Positions 1 to 9,380 of a stretch of DNA of 26,454 bases are shown here, piece after piece. Position numbers and translations under genes: made by a program. The stretch comes from Chlorokybus atmophyticus (taxonomy: Eukaryota > Plantae > Mesostigma and Chlorokybus algae), in contig RHPI01000330.1 in NCBI GenBank assembly GCA_009103225.1, positions 3,216-29,669 of the forward strand, given 5' to 3'. The notes beneath the pieces are model-generated. The model made no database searches. It saw nothing but the letters and a program-made list of their open reading frames with translations, and was not told where the DNA came from. Position 1 is the first letter of the stretch, and every line of letters begins with the position of its first letter.

Positions 1-1043
1 TGCGCATCTGGGCTTTTTGGGTCTCGGGGTCCATTAGGGCGTCGATGTGCCTGATTGAATCGGTTACAATAGGCGAGATGAGTACGTGTGTATGGAGGCT
101 GAGTAAGAAGGCAGTGTTGCATAGCAGACATGGTGGTGAGGGACCCAACTCACTTGCGCTTGTTGCTGTTAAACAGTGTCCACTTGTACTCCTTCTCAAG
201 GACATGCTTGATCTTGGTGACGTTCTCAGACCGGACCTGCGTAGCTTTCTTCAGGGCGACACTCCAGTGGAAGGGGCACTCCTTGGGAGTCCAGTACACC
301 TCATAGAACTTGGCCGCATCGGCCTCGTCGTCATGGTCGAAGCCAACTACCTGTCACGGGCAGGTTGGTCAGTGTCACGGTGCAAGTGCGGTCATGAAGC
401 GTTCACAGCACCTGACACATGACGTTACGAATAGTGTCCTCCTTGGGATAAACGTGGCTCTCTACCCAGTGGCCGTTTATGATTTCAACGACGGCATCTC
501 GCAAATGCTGTCCACAGAAGAACAATCCGTTACACATATACACACAGTGTCACAGTGTCACACAGTGCTTACCTCGTTGCCAATCTTCCACTTGCTTGGG
601 GAAGGGTTCTTGACGGCCGAGGTTGCCACGTCACGGCCAAATGCGTTTGGGTTGGGGGTTCAAATCGACCCTCTGCAAGCACAACCACATGAGTCATGCT
701 GCCAGCCATGAAAGATGCAACCCTCACAGTTGCAAAAGAAGAACAACGTGCACAGTGTATCCAGAACGCATGCGGTGAGTCCCTGTGCTAGTCATGATAG
801 AAGCAAGCATCCAAGTTGGAAGTTGAGCACGAAGCAACGTGCACAGTGCATCAAGAACGCATGCAGTCTAGCTTGCCCTTGCGACTGCGGTGTCAGGTGG
901 AGTTGTTGTGATGTGCTGGGCGTTAGCGCGGGGTCTTGCTACGATTGGTTGGCGACGGTTGCCTGGTTGAATACTGGGGGCATTGTGGACAACTGGCGCC
1001 GACCTCCACGACGAGGTGCACTTACGGATGGACCACCAGGCAT
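1..1043 (-). pseudogene. Multi-exon gene of unknown function (gene A), runs off the left edge
   Basis: Phase-consistent GT-AG introns at 572-508, 411-351 and 153-51 join ...KWKIGNE|HLRDAVVEIINGHWVESHVYPKEDTIRNVMCQ|VVGFDHDDEADAAKFYEVYWTPKECPFHWSVALKKATQVRSENVTKIKHVLEKEYKWTLFNSNKRK|HIDALMDPETQKAQMR. Candidate ATG at 1043; in-frame stops at 941-939 (TAG) and 662-660 (TGA) in the less certain 5' exons. Not shown in the ORF track. Confidence 0.55.
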
Positions 1044-1225
1044 CTCTCCAACTGATAGTCGGGTGCCGCCTGTTTAGCTGTAAGTGGCGCTGCCGCCTCC
1101 AACGCTGCCGCCGCCGGTTGGCCCGCCCAAATGTATGAGGCGCGAAAACGAAAATGAGGCGGTTTTAAACGTCTAGAGTCCCGCACTAGAGTCGCACTCG
1201 TAGTGCGTCCTTGCTCCTATGGTTG

Positions 1226-1387
1226 ATGGTACGACTTATGCATTTGTGCCATGCATGCTTCGTACAACGATTGTTACCAATGGTTGTGTCGTAACATTTA
1301 TGGTACGACAGAGGCATCTCTCGTCCAACCCCAGCGATTGCCGTACAATGGCTCTGTCGTACCATCCATGGTACGACAGAGGCATTG
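1226..1387. promoter_or_regulatory. Bidirectional promoter region with GTAC cluster and 42-bp palindrome
   Basis: Six GTAC (1229, 1262, 1303, 1343, 1359, 1371). Hairpin CAATGGCTCTGTCGTACCAT-CC-ATGGTACGACAGAGGCATTG at 1346-1387 with one mismatch; a second hairpin TGTCGTAACAT-TT-ATGGTACGACA at 1287-1310. Lies between divergent genes A (ATG 1043) and B (ATG 1449). The regulatory role is inferred. Confidence 0.6.
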
Positions 1388-1448
1388 CTCGATCAGCCTA
1401 AATGGGAGTTAGCATGCACTCACCCAAACACGCTTCATTGATGGCCGA

Positions 1449-4281
1449 ATGATGGCACAGGGGCACCAGGTCGATGACGGGTCGAATGTCAGGCTTGATG
1501 GGCCTGGGTTCGACTATGAGGCGGAGGACCAGGAGTCGGAGGAGGCGGCGGCGGCGGCGGCGGCGTGGCACATCTTGCAAGAAGTTGTGGTCGCAAGAGT
1601 TCAAGCAGCGAAGCCAGCTACTACCGGTCGCCACGTCATGGATTATGGCAGGCGTCAGCAATGGGGCTGTCCAACATGCATCACCAACATTGGACAAACC
1701 AGCAGGCAAGCCATTAAAGACCATCTTCACACAGAGAGCTGCTTGGTGGCTCGCTTTCTGCAACAGGGAGTGGATCAGGAGCTGCAGTCCTTGGAGCCCC
1801 TTGTCAGAACCATGCGGGACCAATTGCGGCTGTGGGAACAAGCACAAAGGAATGCAGAGGTACGCTCAACAGTCACATGCATTTCCTTGCAAGAGCAATT
1901 TGTTTTTTAGCGCAGTCCATGTGATATATGTAGCGTGGCTGCGGGCCTCCACTATTCACTCATACCCACCCTACAGTCAAGCCGACATTGCTGAAGCAAG
2001 AGCAGATAGACAGAGCTGGGCGGCGGTATGTTGTTGCCAATCTCGCTGTGCATGTTGACTGCAATGTCGGCTCCAATGCATGCCTACCTTTGCATGCTAG
2101 GATGTGCGTGAGCGTGCGAAGTCGCGCGCGCGTGCCGAACGAAGTAGGCTGGGTTTGAGCACAGGAGCGCGTGGCCATTCGTCCGGCATTCAACCAATAG
2201 TGCATCAACCAGCAATGACGCAGTCCATGCAATCATTCGTGCATCAACCAGCAATGCCGCAGGTGACTGTTCGAAGCAACCAACTGATGACGGTGTGACG
2301 CAGTTGACTATTGCAATTGCAGTGTCGCAAGCATGCAGCTAACCCACATGTGATTGGTTGACAGCACCACAGTGCACTAAGTCCTGTTGGAGCTCCTATG
2401 CAAGCCTGGATTCAATCCCATCAACTGGTCCTTCAATCCCACTTGCTGATGGGCGCGGCGGCAATGCGGCATCAGTTTAACATGCATGTTGGCCTGTTGA
2501 ATCCCGACATGTCCATTGGGGCAGTGGCGCATGATGTGCCCATGGCTCAAGAGCTCCGCGACGAGTCTGCCATCGAGGGTGGCGGGGAGAGTGCAGCCAA
2601 TACCACCTTGTCAGCCCCCATGGCTTCCTCTGCTCCATGCAGCCCACGGGCCATTGAGGTAAGTCGCTGTCTTTTATGCTCGTGCCTTGGTAACAATGCG
2701 TCAGGCACTGCATAAGCTTATATTCGTTCTTTGCAACATTGTGAGCCATCTTATCCTGGGTCCTGTATACAACCCCCCTTTTTGCATGCACAAGTGGTCT
2801 CACCTGCAGCTCCTGCTCCCCTCCCAGCCAGAGCGCAACAACCTTTCGCGGCACCAGTCCTTCGTGCACTGCCATCTCCTCCACGAGCAGCACCGGTAAT
2901 TGCGGGGCAACAATCCTTCTTGCCGCCACCGGCGAGACCACAGCACAATGCAACAACCGATGTGGCTTCTGCACCTACCTTACCCCACCCGCTGCAAGTT
3001 TAAGCCGGCAATCTGCCTCAAACTCAGGTACTTTATCAATCACTGTGACTCTTGCCGTCCACAGTTGGACACACCATGTGAGTGCTGTATGCGCATGCAG
3101 CAGGGGTCACCACCTGCCAGCGAGTCATTAGAGGAGCTGGCCGCAACCCGCATACGGCCATCAGTCATGCTAGGTGGCCAGCTCGCCTCATGGGACCACT
3201 TCAATGCGCCAACGGATGGTAATTGCTTCTACCATTGTGTATTTTGCGCCAGGCCATCCATAGCGTAAAGTGTCCTGGATGATCTCAAGTGCCCCAGCTC
3301 GAGCAGATTTTGGACCATGCTGGACACCATGGACGACGACGGCAGGGGGCACACTCTCCGCAAAATCACCGCCAAGGCTGTCGATGCAGGCGTGGCGAGC
3401 AGAATCCTAGACTTCTGCAGAGCCACTGGTGCCGCGGGAGAGATGGCGCAGTATTACGACAAACTGCCTGCGACCATGTTGGCTGATATCAACTGCAACA
3501 TTGACCTAGCCATGGCCAAGGTGCGACAGACGTCGTGCGGAGAAAAGATGTGTACGTCGAGCACCTGCAGATGACCATGTTTGCCAACAAGCTGGGCTTG
3601 TTGCCTGGCTGCGTGACCGTTCAGCGCGAGCATGAGGAGTGGGTGCCACGGCCTGGCAGCGCAGTTTGGATTGGAAATACAGAAGCCCCCAACTCAGTCC
3701 TGGTGGTGGGCAACACTGCTCCTAATGAGCCAGAAGCACACTTTTAGCTCCTCAAGCCTGCAAGCACCGAACAGTGGTCGTGGCCTATGCATGAAGTGCC
3801 ACCGGAGGTAACACACCTGATCGAAGAGTGGCGGAATGGCGTTGCCAATTCCCCGCTACCACCGGCTGTGACCCAGAGTGCTGCGCCAACGCCTCAGGCC
3901 TCGCCTTCGTGTGCTAGGCAAGAAGTAGCCGAGTGTTCTGCACATCCTGCCTCCCCTCAACCACAGCCACATGCTCGCAATCCTAATTCAGCACCCTCCC
4001 TTCCTGCCGCGGAGACTCACTTGCCACCGCACTCTAACCATCCGGAGGCATCTCCATTAAGAAGCAGCTGTAGCTCGCCCTCTCCCTCTAAGCTTGCCAC
4101 ATTGATCCCAGCCGGTCTTGTTGGTAAAGAGATTGATCGAGGTATTCTGAAAGCTGCGCTGAAAGACAAAGGCTTCATGCTCGACCTCATGAAGCAACAT
4201 GAGGTTGTAGAGGAACGGGAGGCAATCAACAAGCGCAAGGCTGTGGAGCAAGAAGATAAACGCCTTACCTCCTCTGAGTGA
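1449..4281 (+). pseudogene. Gene B: C2HC zinc finger, coiled coil, Pro-rich linker, OTU-family cysteine protease (deubiquitinase-like), then coiled coil; decayed
   Basis: Exon 1 has CPTC-x14-H-x5-C. Donors at 1860, 2026, 2263 and 2660; exon 2101-2262 is in phase. OTU motifs: APTDGNCFYHC (Asp/Cys, about 3205-3240), HTLRKITAKAV, DVYVEHLQMTMFANKLG and EAHF (His, 3733-3744). Lesions: TAA 3001-3003, TAA 3266-3268 (reading through joins the 3317 ORF), a frameshift near 3535, and TAG 3745-3747 (reading through joins the 3787 ORF). Confidence 0.65.
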
Positions 4282-4480
4282 CAGTGCCACGGAGAGCTCC
4301 TGCCAAGATGTGCAGGGTGACAAACAAAAAAGAAGAAGGTTGTTGGAACAAAGGACGCTGACAGGAACAAAAAAGGAAAGGTGAGGCATTGTTACAACAT
4401 TAGAAGAAGCACAGCGCCTTGAAGCCTCACTGGGGCTGACTGTGTGTCCTGAGTAGGCACAGGCGGGTTTACATCGTCAA

Positions 4481-5089
4481 GTGGCTGCTCAGCATCGTCC
4501 AGAGAGACAGCCGGTGCGGCACGAGCTGCCTAAGCTCAAAGCACCGACGCGCAGACGCTTTGGGGGGCTGACTCGTAGTGCAAAGGAGTTGATCACCCTA
4601 CAGTACGCCCAAAACGCGCTGCATTATCGCATGCGGCATGCCTCGAGGTGGGTGACGAAAGTTTGCAATAAGTGGGAGCAAACGTGGAGAATGCGTTCTA
4701 AACAGACCTCTGGGGATTGGCCATGGTTGGAACCCATACACGATATGGCCATCCGTAGTACGTTGTTGCCCCTCGCCGTCTTCGATATGATGGTGTTGTT
4801 GCTGCCGCAGCACCCCGGCAATGTGCAAGAGCTATCTGCGGAGCAGAACTTTGACCTGCGGCAGCAGATGTACCTGTCGATGTCGACTAATGCGGGTCGA
4901 GATGTGTGCTATTATCTGAGCAAACATACCGGGTGGCAAGTAAAACCATTCGAGCTGTACTTGGCATGCTTTGGCTGGCAGTGGCTGTATGTCATACGGC
5001 ACGTCGAGCTGATTCTGTGGAAGCTTGAAGAAAATGACGATGCGGGGGAGTACACGAGTGACGACAGCCATATCGAGGGCCTGGATTAA
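4481..5089 (+). CDS. Unknown 200-aa open frame, probably a terminal exon of gene B
   Basis: Stop-free 202-codon frame with protein-like composition and an acidic C-terminus. Starts at GTG, has no promoter palindrome upstream, and a GT donor lies at about 4381. No family recognised. Confidence 0.45.
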   Translation: MAAQHRPERQPVRHELPKLKAPTRRRFGGLTRSAKELITLQYAQNALHYRMRHASRWVTKVCNKWEQTWRMRSKQTSGDWPWLEPIHDMAIRSTLLPLAVFDMMVLLLPQHPGNVQELSAEQNFDLRQQMYLSMSTNAGRDVCYYLSKHTGWQVKPFELYLACFGWQWLYVIRHVELILWKLEENDDAGEYTSDDSHIEGLD

Positions 5090-5092
5090 CGC

Positions 5093-5491
5093 ATGCTGGA
5101 CGAGACCACCAAGACCAGCAGGTGGTATATGGCGGCAGATGGGCGTCAGGTGATCGAGCAGGCAGTGGAGCGTTATGCTGCGCCATTCAGATGTGAGTTG
5201 CTACGCCTGCCACGCGATAACAGAGTTTGGTGGCAGAGGCAGCTTGCACACCCGCGTGCACCATGTGTGCTGATTTGTCGCATTGAAGAGCCACCCCCCC
5301 CAGCGGATGAGGAGACGCCCTGTTGCAAGAAAGCGATGTGCCATGTCTGCATCATAGCACATTAGAAGACTGTGGCAAATAAATCAAAGAATCGACAAGC
5401 GTGTCCATTCTGCAAGCAACCTCACCCGTTTTGGTCGCCACGCCTGAAGCAAGACGCCAACGTGTCGGCGGTGATTTGGCCCCCGCCTTGA
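5093..5491 (+). pseudogene. RING-finger-like protein interrupted by one in-frame TAG
   Basis: Reading through TAG 5363-5365 (likely TGG) gives PCVLIC...TPCCKKAMCHVCIIAH*KTVANKSKNRQACPFCKQPHPFW...PPP* (stop 5489-5491). This is RING-like Cys spacing with the usual His ligand not conserved. Confidence 0.6.
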
Positions 5492-5773
5492 TGCCAATTG
5501 TGCATGTATTGTAGTTTTGTGTTTGCTTCCTGTGAACCATGTAGGTACATGTATAGTTGCAGCATGGTGTATAGTGCACCAGAGATCTGCTGTTGTTAGA
5601 AGCATTGGCTGTACATGTGTATAATGACTGCCCGGCGCATGAGTCACTGCATGGCTTGCATACCTCGCTGGTTTAGAGCGTGGTTGACAGCAACAAACTC
5701 GGAAAGCGCTCTGGGTTCCATGGCATGACATCACAGTATTACTCTACGATCGTGGTAGTATACGAATATCCTT

Positions 5774-5855
5774 GTACTGTCGTACCATTAACAGATGGAG
5801 TACCATTCTTGTTGATGTAGTACCATGCATGGTACTGCAATAGCGTATAAGGTAC
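5774..5855. promoter_or_regulatory. GTAC cluster with perfect palindrome upstream of the methyltransferase gene
   Basis: Six GTAC in 82 bp (5774, 5782, 5800, 5820, 5832, 5852). Perfect palindrome AGTACCATGCATGGTACT at 5819-5836. TGTCGTACCAT at 5778-5788 is identical to the arm at 1355-1365. About 120 bp upstream of ATG 5975. Confidence 0.6.
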
Positions 5856-5882
5856 AGTCGTGCTTCACTTGAAGTTTGACCC

Positions 5883-5931
5883 ATTTAGGGTTCGTAAGCT
5901 GGCAACCCTAAATTGATGCCCATACCCTAAA
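5883..5931. promoter_or_regulatory. Three telo-box-like motifs, two forming a 10-bp inverted repeat
   Basis: ATTTAGGGTT (5883-5892) and AACCCTAAAT (5904-5913) form a perfect inverted repeat; ACCCTAAA follows at 5924-5931. All lie between the GTAC cluster and ATG 5975. Confidence 0.45.
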
Positions 5932-5974
5932 GTCTCGCTCAGTTTGTGGGCAGCCGTGCCGATTCCTATTTTGC

Positions 5975-7703
5975 ATGATGTTGGCGGCAGCAGTTGAATC
6001 ACCCTCACATAGAAGACCATGCTTGTTGTGCCCACAATGCAATGCGTACGTATGTGCCAATGGCCGTAGGCAGCAAATGCGAGCACACTTGACCGAATGC
6101 CAGCGAGTGCAGACAGTGTGCCACGGTTTTAGTGCTGCTTGCTGGCATCACACCACACACAATGTCGACTTGTTTAGCTGCCGCCTCGGCCAAGTGCTGT
6201 GCAAGGAACCCGAGTTTTTCCATTGCGTGCAGTGCGTGTGCGAATCGTGCTGGCGCTCATGCTTCGAGTGGCGAGGGGAACCCATGCGCTTCTTCACATG
6301 GACAACACCGGGACATGTGGTTAGTGGACAGGTGGTGGATGCTGTGGAGGTAATCCACAAGAGTGGACCGCGACGTATCACTGCATGTTATGTTGGGCGT
6401 ATGCTTATTTCATGCATGTTGAAGCTGTTGTCGCATTCAGAGCAGTCTTGCACGGTGTGGGCGTGGGCAGTTCCATCCCCTGGCCGCTGTAGAGGAGGCA
6501 GACCATCGACCGTTGGACAGCGCACTGCATCAGCTGCGGAACGCAGTTAAGTTGGGATGCGAGCAGCTGATCGGTGTGAGTGTCATGGTGCATTGGCCGC
6601 TGGATGGGGAATGGTATGCGGGCGTTGTGGAATCATTCAAGCAAGCGTCAGGTCAGCATCGCTTCGTGGCGTGCGAGATTGAGGACGCATCGTATATGCA
6701 TGGTGCAATGGAAAATGTCTTTGCAGGGCAGCACCGTATAGTATTCGATGACAGTGATCGACCACAAACCTTCAACTTCAATGGGCACAACGTATTCGCG
6801 TACACATCAGTTGACGGGGCACGCCATGTTCTGCGCGTCGGAGGGGAGAACGTCAGTCGCAAAGTAAGCCCGGACGGCATTATTGTTAGTCCCTGGCCAG
6901 CACCACGGCCAGCTTTGACCACATACACGCTAATTGACAACAAGCTGGGATGCACACGCAGACCAAGGGCACTCGACCTATTCTGCGGCGGTGGCGGTGC
7001 CAGTGTCGGTCTATACCACGCAGGCTTTGACGTGACCGGGATGGACATAAGTCCCTCCTCTGAGTACCCGCTGCCCTTCATATATCGCGATGTATGCACC
7101 CTGAGTGCAGGAGAGCTGAGCGAGTACGAGCTCATCTGGGCCAGTCCACCATGCCAGGCCTATTCAGGTGCTATCCCGGCACCTCAACAGGCGGCACATG
7201 GCACATCCTGGAGACACCAGGATATGATACCGCTCGTCCGATGTCTGCTGCTTGCAAGCCAGGTCAAGTTTGTGATTGAGGATGTGTCAGGAGCAGCTTC
7301 CTCATTCAGACCCAATCTGTCCCTTTGTGGCACGATGTTTGGCCTATCAACTTTCCAACACCGTCTGTTTGAGACACGGCCAGAGGTAGCTACCCCACCA
7401 GCACGCTGCTCGCACGCGGGCAAGGCAGTTGGACTGCTATCGCCGCACCTGTCCGCTAGCGCGAAGAAGACAATCGTGACATCAAATGCGCCACAGCAGA
7501 TGTACCCGGTCTATGGCCTTCCAAGCACCAGGGGCAGCATTGCTGCATGGCAAACAGCGCTGGGAGTGCCATGGATGACCCCGGCCGTTTCCATAGCGAA
7601 TGCAGTTCCTCCCGCAATGGCGGAGTGCATAGGGCTTCTCATGCTTGAAACAATGGATATGCGCTGTGACTACCCTCCTGTGTCATGGAACTATGAGGCT
7701 TGA
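5975..7703 (+). CDS. Cys-rich/C2HC finger, Tudor-like domain and C5 cytosine DNA methyltransferase (bacterial/phage-type catalytic domain); about 520 aa, open
   Basis: Model: 5975-6349, 6441-6651, 6727-7703 (GT-AG introns of 91 and 75 nt; 1563 nt; no internal stop). MTase motifs: I ALDLFCGGGG, II GMDI, IV IWASPPCQAYS, VI FVIEDV, VIII LCGTMFGLSTFQHRLFE, X WMTPAVSIANAVPPAMAECIG. Tudor-like segment: LIGVSVMVHWPLDGEWYAGVVESFKQASG|QHRIVFDDSD. Confidence 0.85.
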
Positions 7704-7849
7704 GTGTGGTGCACTGTATTGATGCTTAATGCCACACGGCGGACTGATTGTTGAATGTTGCATGGATCATTTAATTGTGGTGACAGTTGTGCAGTGACAG
7801 CTGCCCGGTATTGTACACGTCCACATGCAAAAGTCTTAGCATACGATCC

Positions 7850-9230
7850 ATCTCCAACAGATCTGATTTGGTGACGAGACAAACATCCCAAGGATGTCGT
7901 GTTTAGTTGCCCGACACAGTGCGTGCGAGTGTGGCAGTCTCCTACAACACGACAAACTTAGATGTTTTATTGACAACATCCTCCATGCACTATTTGCTGG
8001 CAGGCTGCATCCGGTTACAACCATGCATGCCCACTACCTGCAAGTCGCTGATGAAGTTGGCAAGCGCGGGAAACACACGACGCTCGATGCCATTCGGGTC
8101 GATGAGCTGCAGACCTTCCCAACTCGCCAGCTTCACATCCCCTAACACTACATTCAAAGCGTCATGAAAAATCTCACGTTTCCGAATGGAGAACGATTCC
8201 TTGCCCTGCGCCCAAGTGGGATGCCCGGCCACTGCGTGAACCACCGGCAGAAGCGCTATCATAACAACCCCCATGTTGCTAGCATACATGTCCCAACTGT
8301 AGTTGGCAAGCGATGCCATCAGAGGGTAGCCAGAGCGCTTGCCCGCGCTGTGCAGCGTGGTCTTGTCACTGTACAGAATGGCAGGCGCCAAGTAGGACGC
8401 TTCCCCCACCTCTCTCCTCAAATCCACCTCCACATCCTTCCACCAATCGCCCGTGGAAGGATGGCCAAAGCTGTGCTCGTCACCAGTGTACTGGAGATTG
8501 AAGCCATTGGCGGCATGTGGATTGCCATACAACCGCGCGAGCCATACCTGCTCCGACCAAGAGCATTACTTACTATGCTGGCCTCAGAATAGATACTGCA
8601 TCGATACTGCATTAGGTACTGCATTTCACAGACCTTGGCCGGCATATATGTGACGCAGATACCCTAATCCTCAGAGTCTCCAAGCTTGCGCAGGTCAGCC
8701 GTCACGTAGTTCTGATACGGCAGCACACTCGCATGTGCATATGTGACATGGCTCTGATGGTTGAAGCACATGCACCGCACACCGTGAACACACCTCAGAC
8801 TGAGAGAAAGCAATCGTGGTCCGGAGGTAGCTGGCCGCATGCACACCGGTCTCCCACTGGAGCTCTTCCGTCAGGAAGTGTGCATTTCGGATGCACTTGA
8901 TGATCCGCCCCATGTCGGAGGCCGACAGGCCTTGGCCGTTGTTGCACTGCACGAATGCCACTGCAAGAGCATGCTCCGAGCCATACCACCTGGATTCCGA
9001 CGCGTGCGAAGGGACGCCTCCACTTCCATGTTGGCGTGCCACAGGTTTCTCAGGCACACGCACACATCCTAGATCGAACTACCCGTTTCAACATGACCCG
9101 CATCGTACTGTAATGGACGCTGGCCGACATACAGCTTGATCTGCTTGCACACCCTGCTGCTAATAATGTGCATGTAGACCGAGCTGCGTGTGGCGAAGCG
9201 CATGTGGCAATACGGACAAAGGACTCCCAT
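7850..9230 (-). pseudogene. Plavaka-family transposase, nonsense-disrupted and C-terminally truncated
   Basis: Starts MGVLCPYCHMRFATRSSVYMHIISSRVC (ATG 9230; C2HC finger, below the ORF-track cutoff). Phase-0 introns at 8793-8712, 8633-8548 and 8037-7942. Core: VWLARLYGNPH...STGDWWKD...PAILYSDKTTL...GYPLMASLAN...IALLP...IFHDALNVVL...DPNGIERRVFPALANFISDLQ|ETATL...HPWDVCLVTKSDL, which matches my recollection of the Plavaka (Pfam PF18759) pattern. Stops at 9071-9069, 8666-8664 and 7905-7903; similarity ends near 7850. Confidence 0.75.
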
Positions 9231-9380
9231 ATCTCACTACTAACGTCGACACAGGTGTCGCCAATGTAACCTGCATCATATCCAGCAACACGCACATCCG
9301 CCGCCGCCGCCGCCGCCACCGCCACCGCCACCGCTACCGCTACCCTTGCATGCCAGAGGCGGGAAACTTGGCCGCCAGTT

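Noticed and set aside
744-864. 30-nt direct repeat (744-773 and 835-864, 2 mismatches)
   Set aside because: Only two copies in probable intronic sequence of gene A; most likely a local duplication.
45-1077. Plus-strand ORFs 45-422, 310-711 and 715-1077
   Set aside because: Antisense shadows of the spliced minus-strand gene A.
1139-1148. E2F-like site (TTTTCGCGCC on the minus strand)
   Set aside because: Single short match, not repeated at the other promoters.
2200-2262. 24-nt direct repeat with a 39-nt period
   Set aside because: Explained as a coding repeat (VHQPAM) in an exon of gene B.
5883-5931. Interstitial telomere
   Set aside because: Only three isolated heptamers in mixed orientation, not a tandem array.
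5975-7703. Prokaryotic restriction-modification system or bacterial contamination
   Set aside because: No endonuclease partner, spliceosomal introns, a eukaryotic reader domain, and flanking eukaryotic retroelements.
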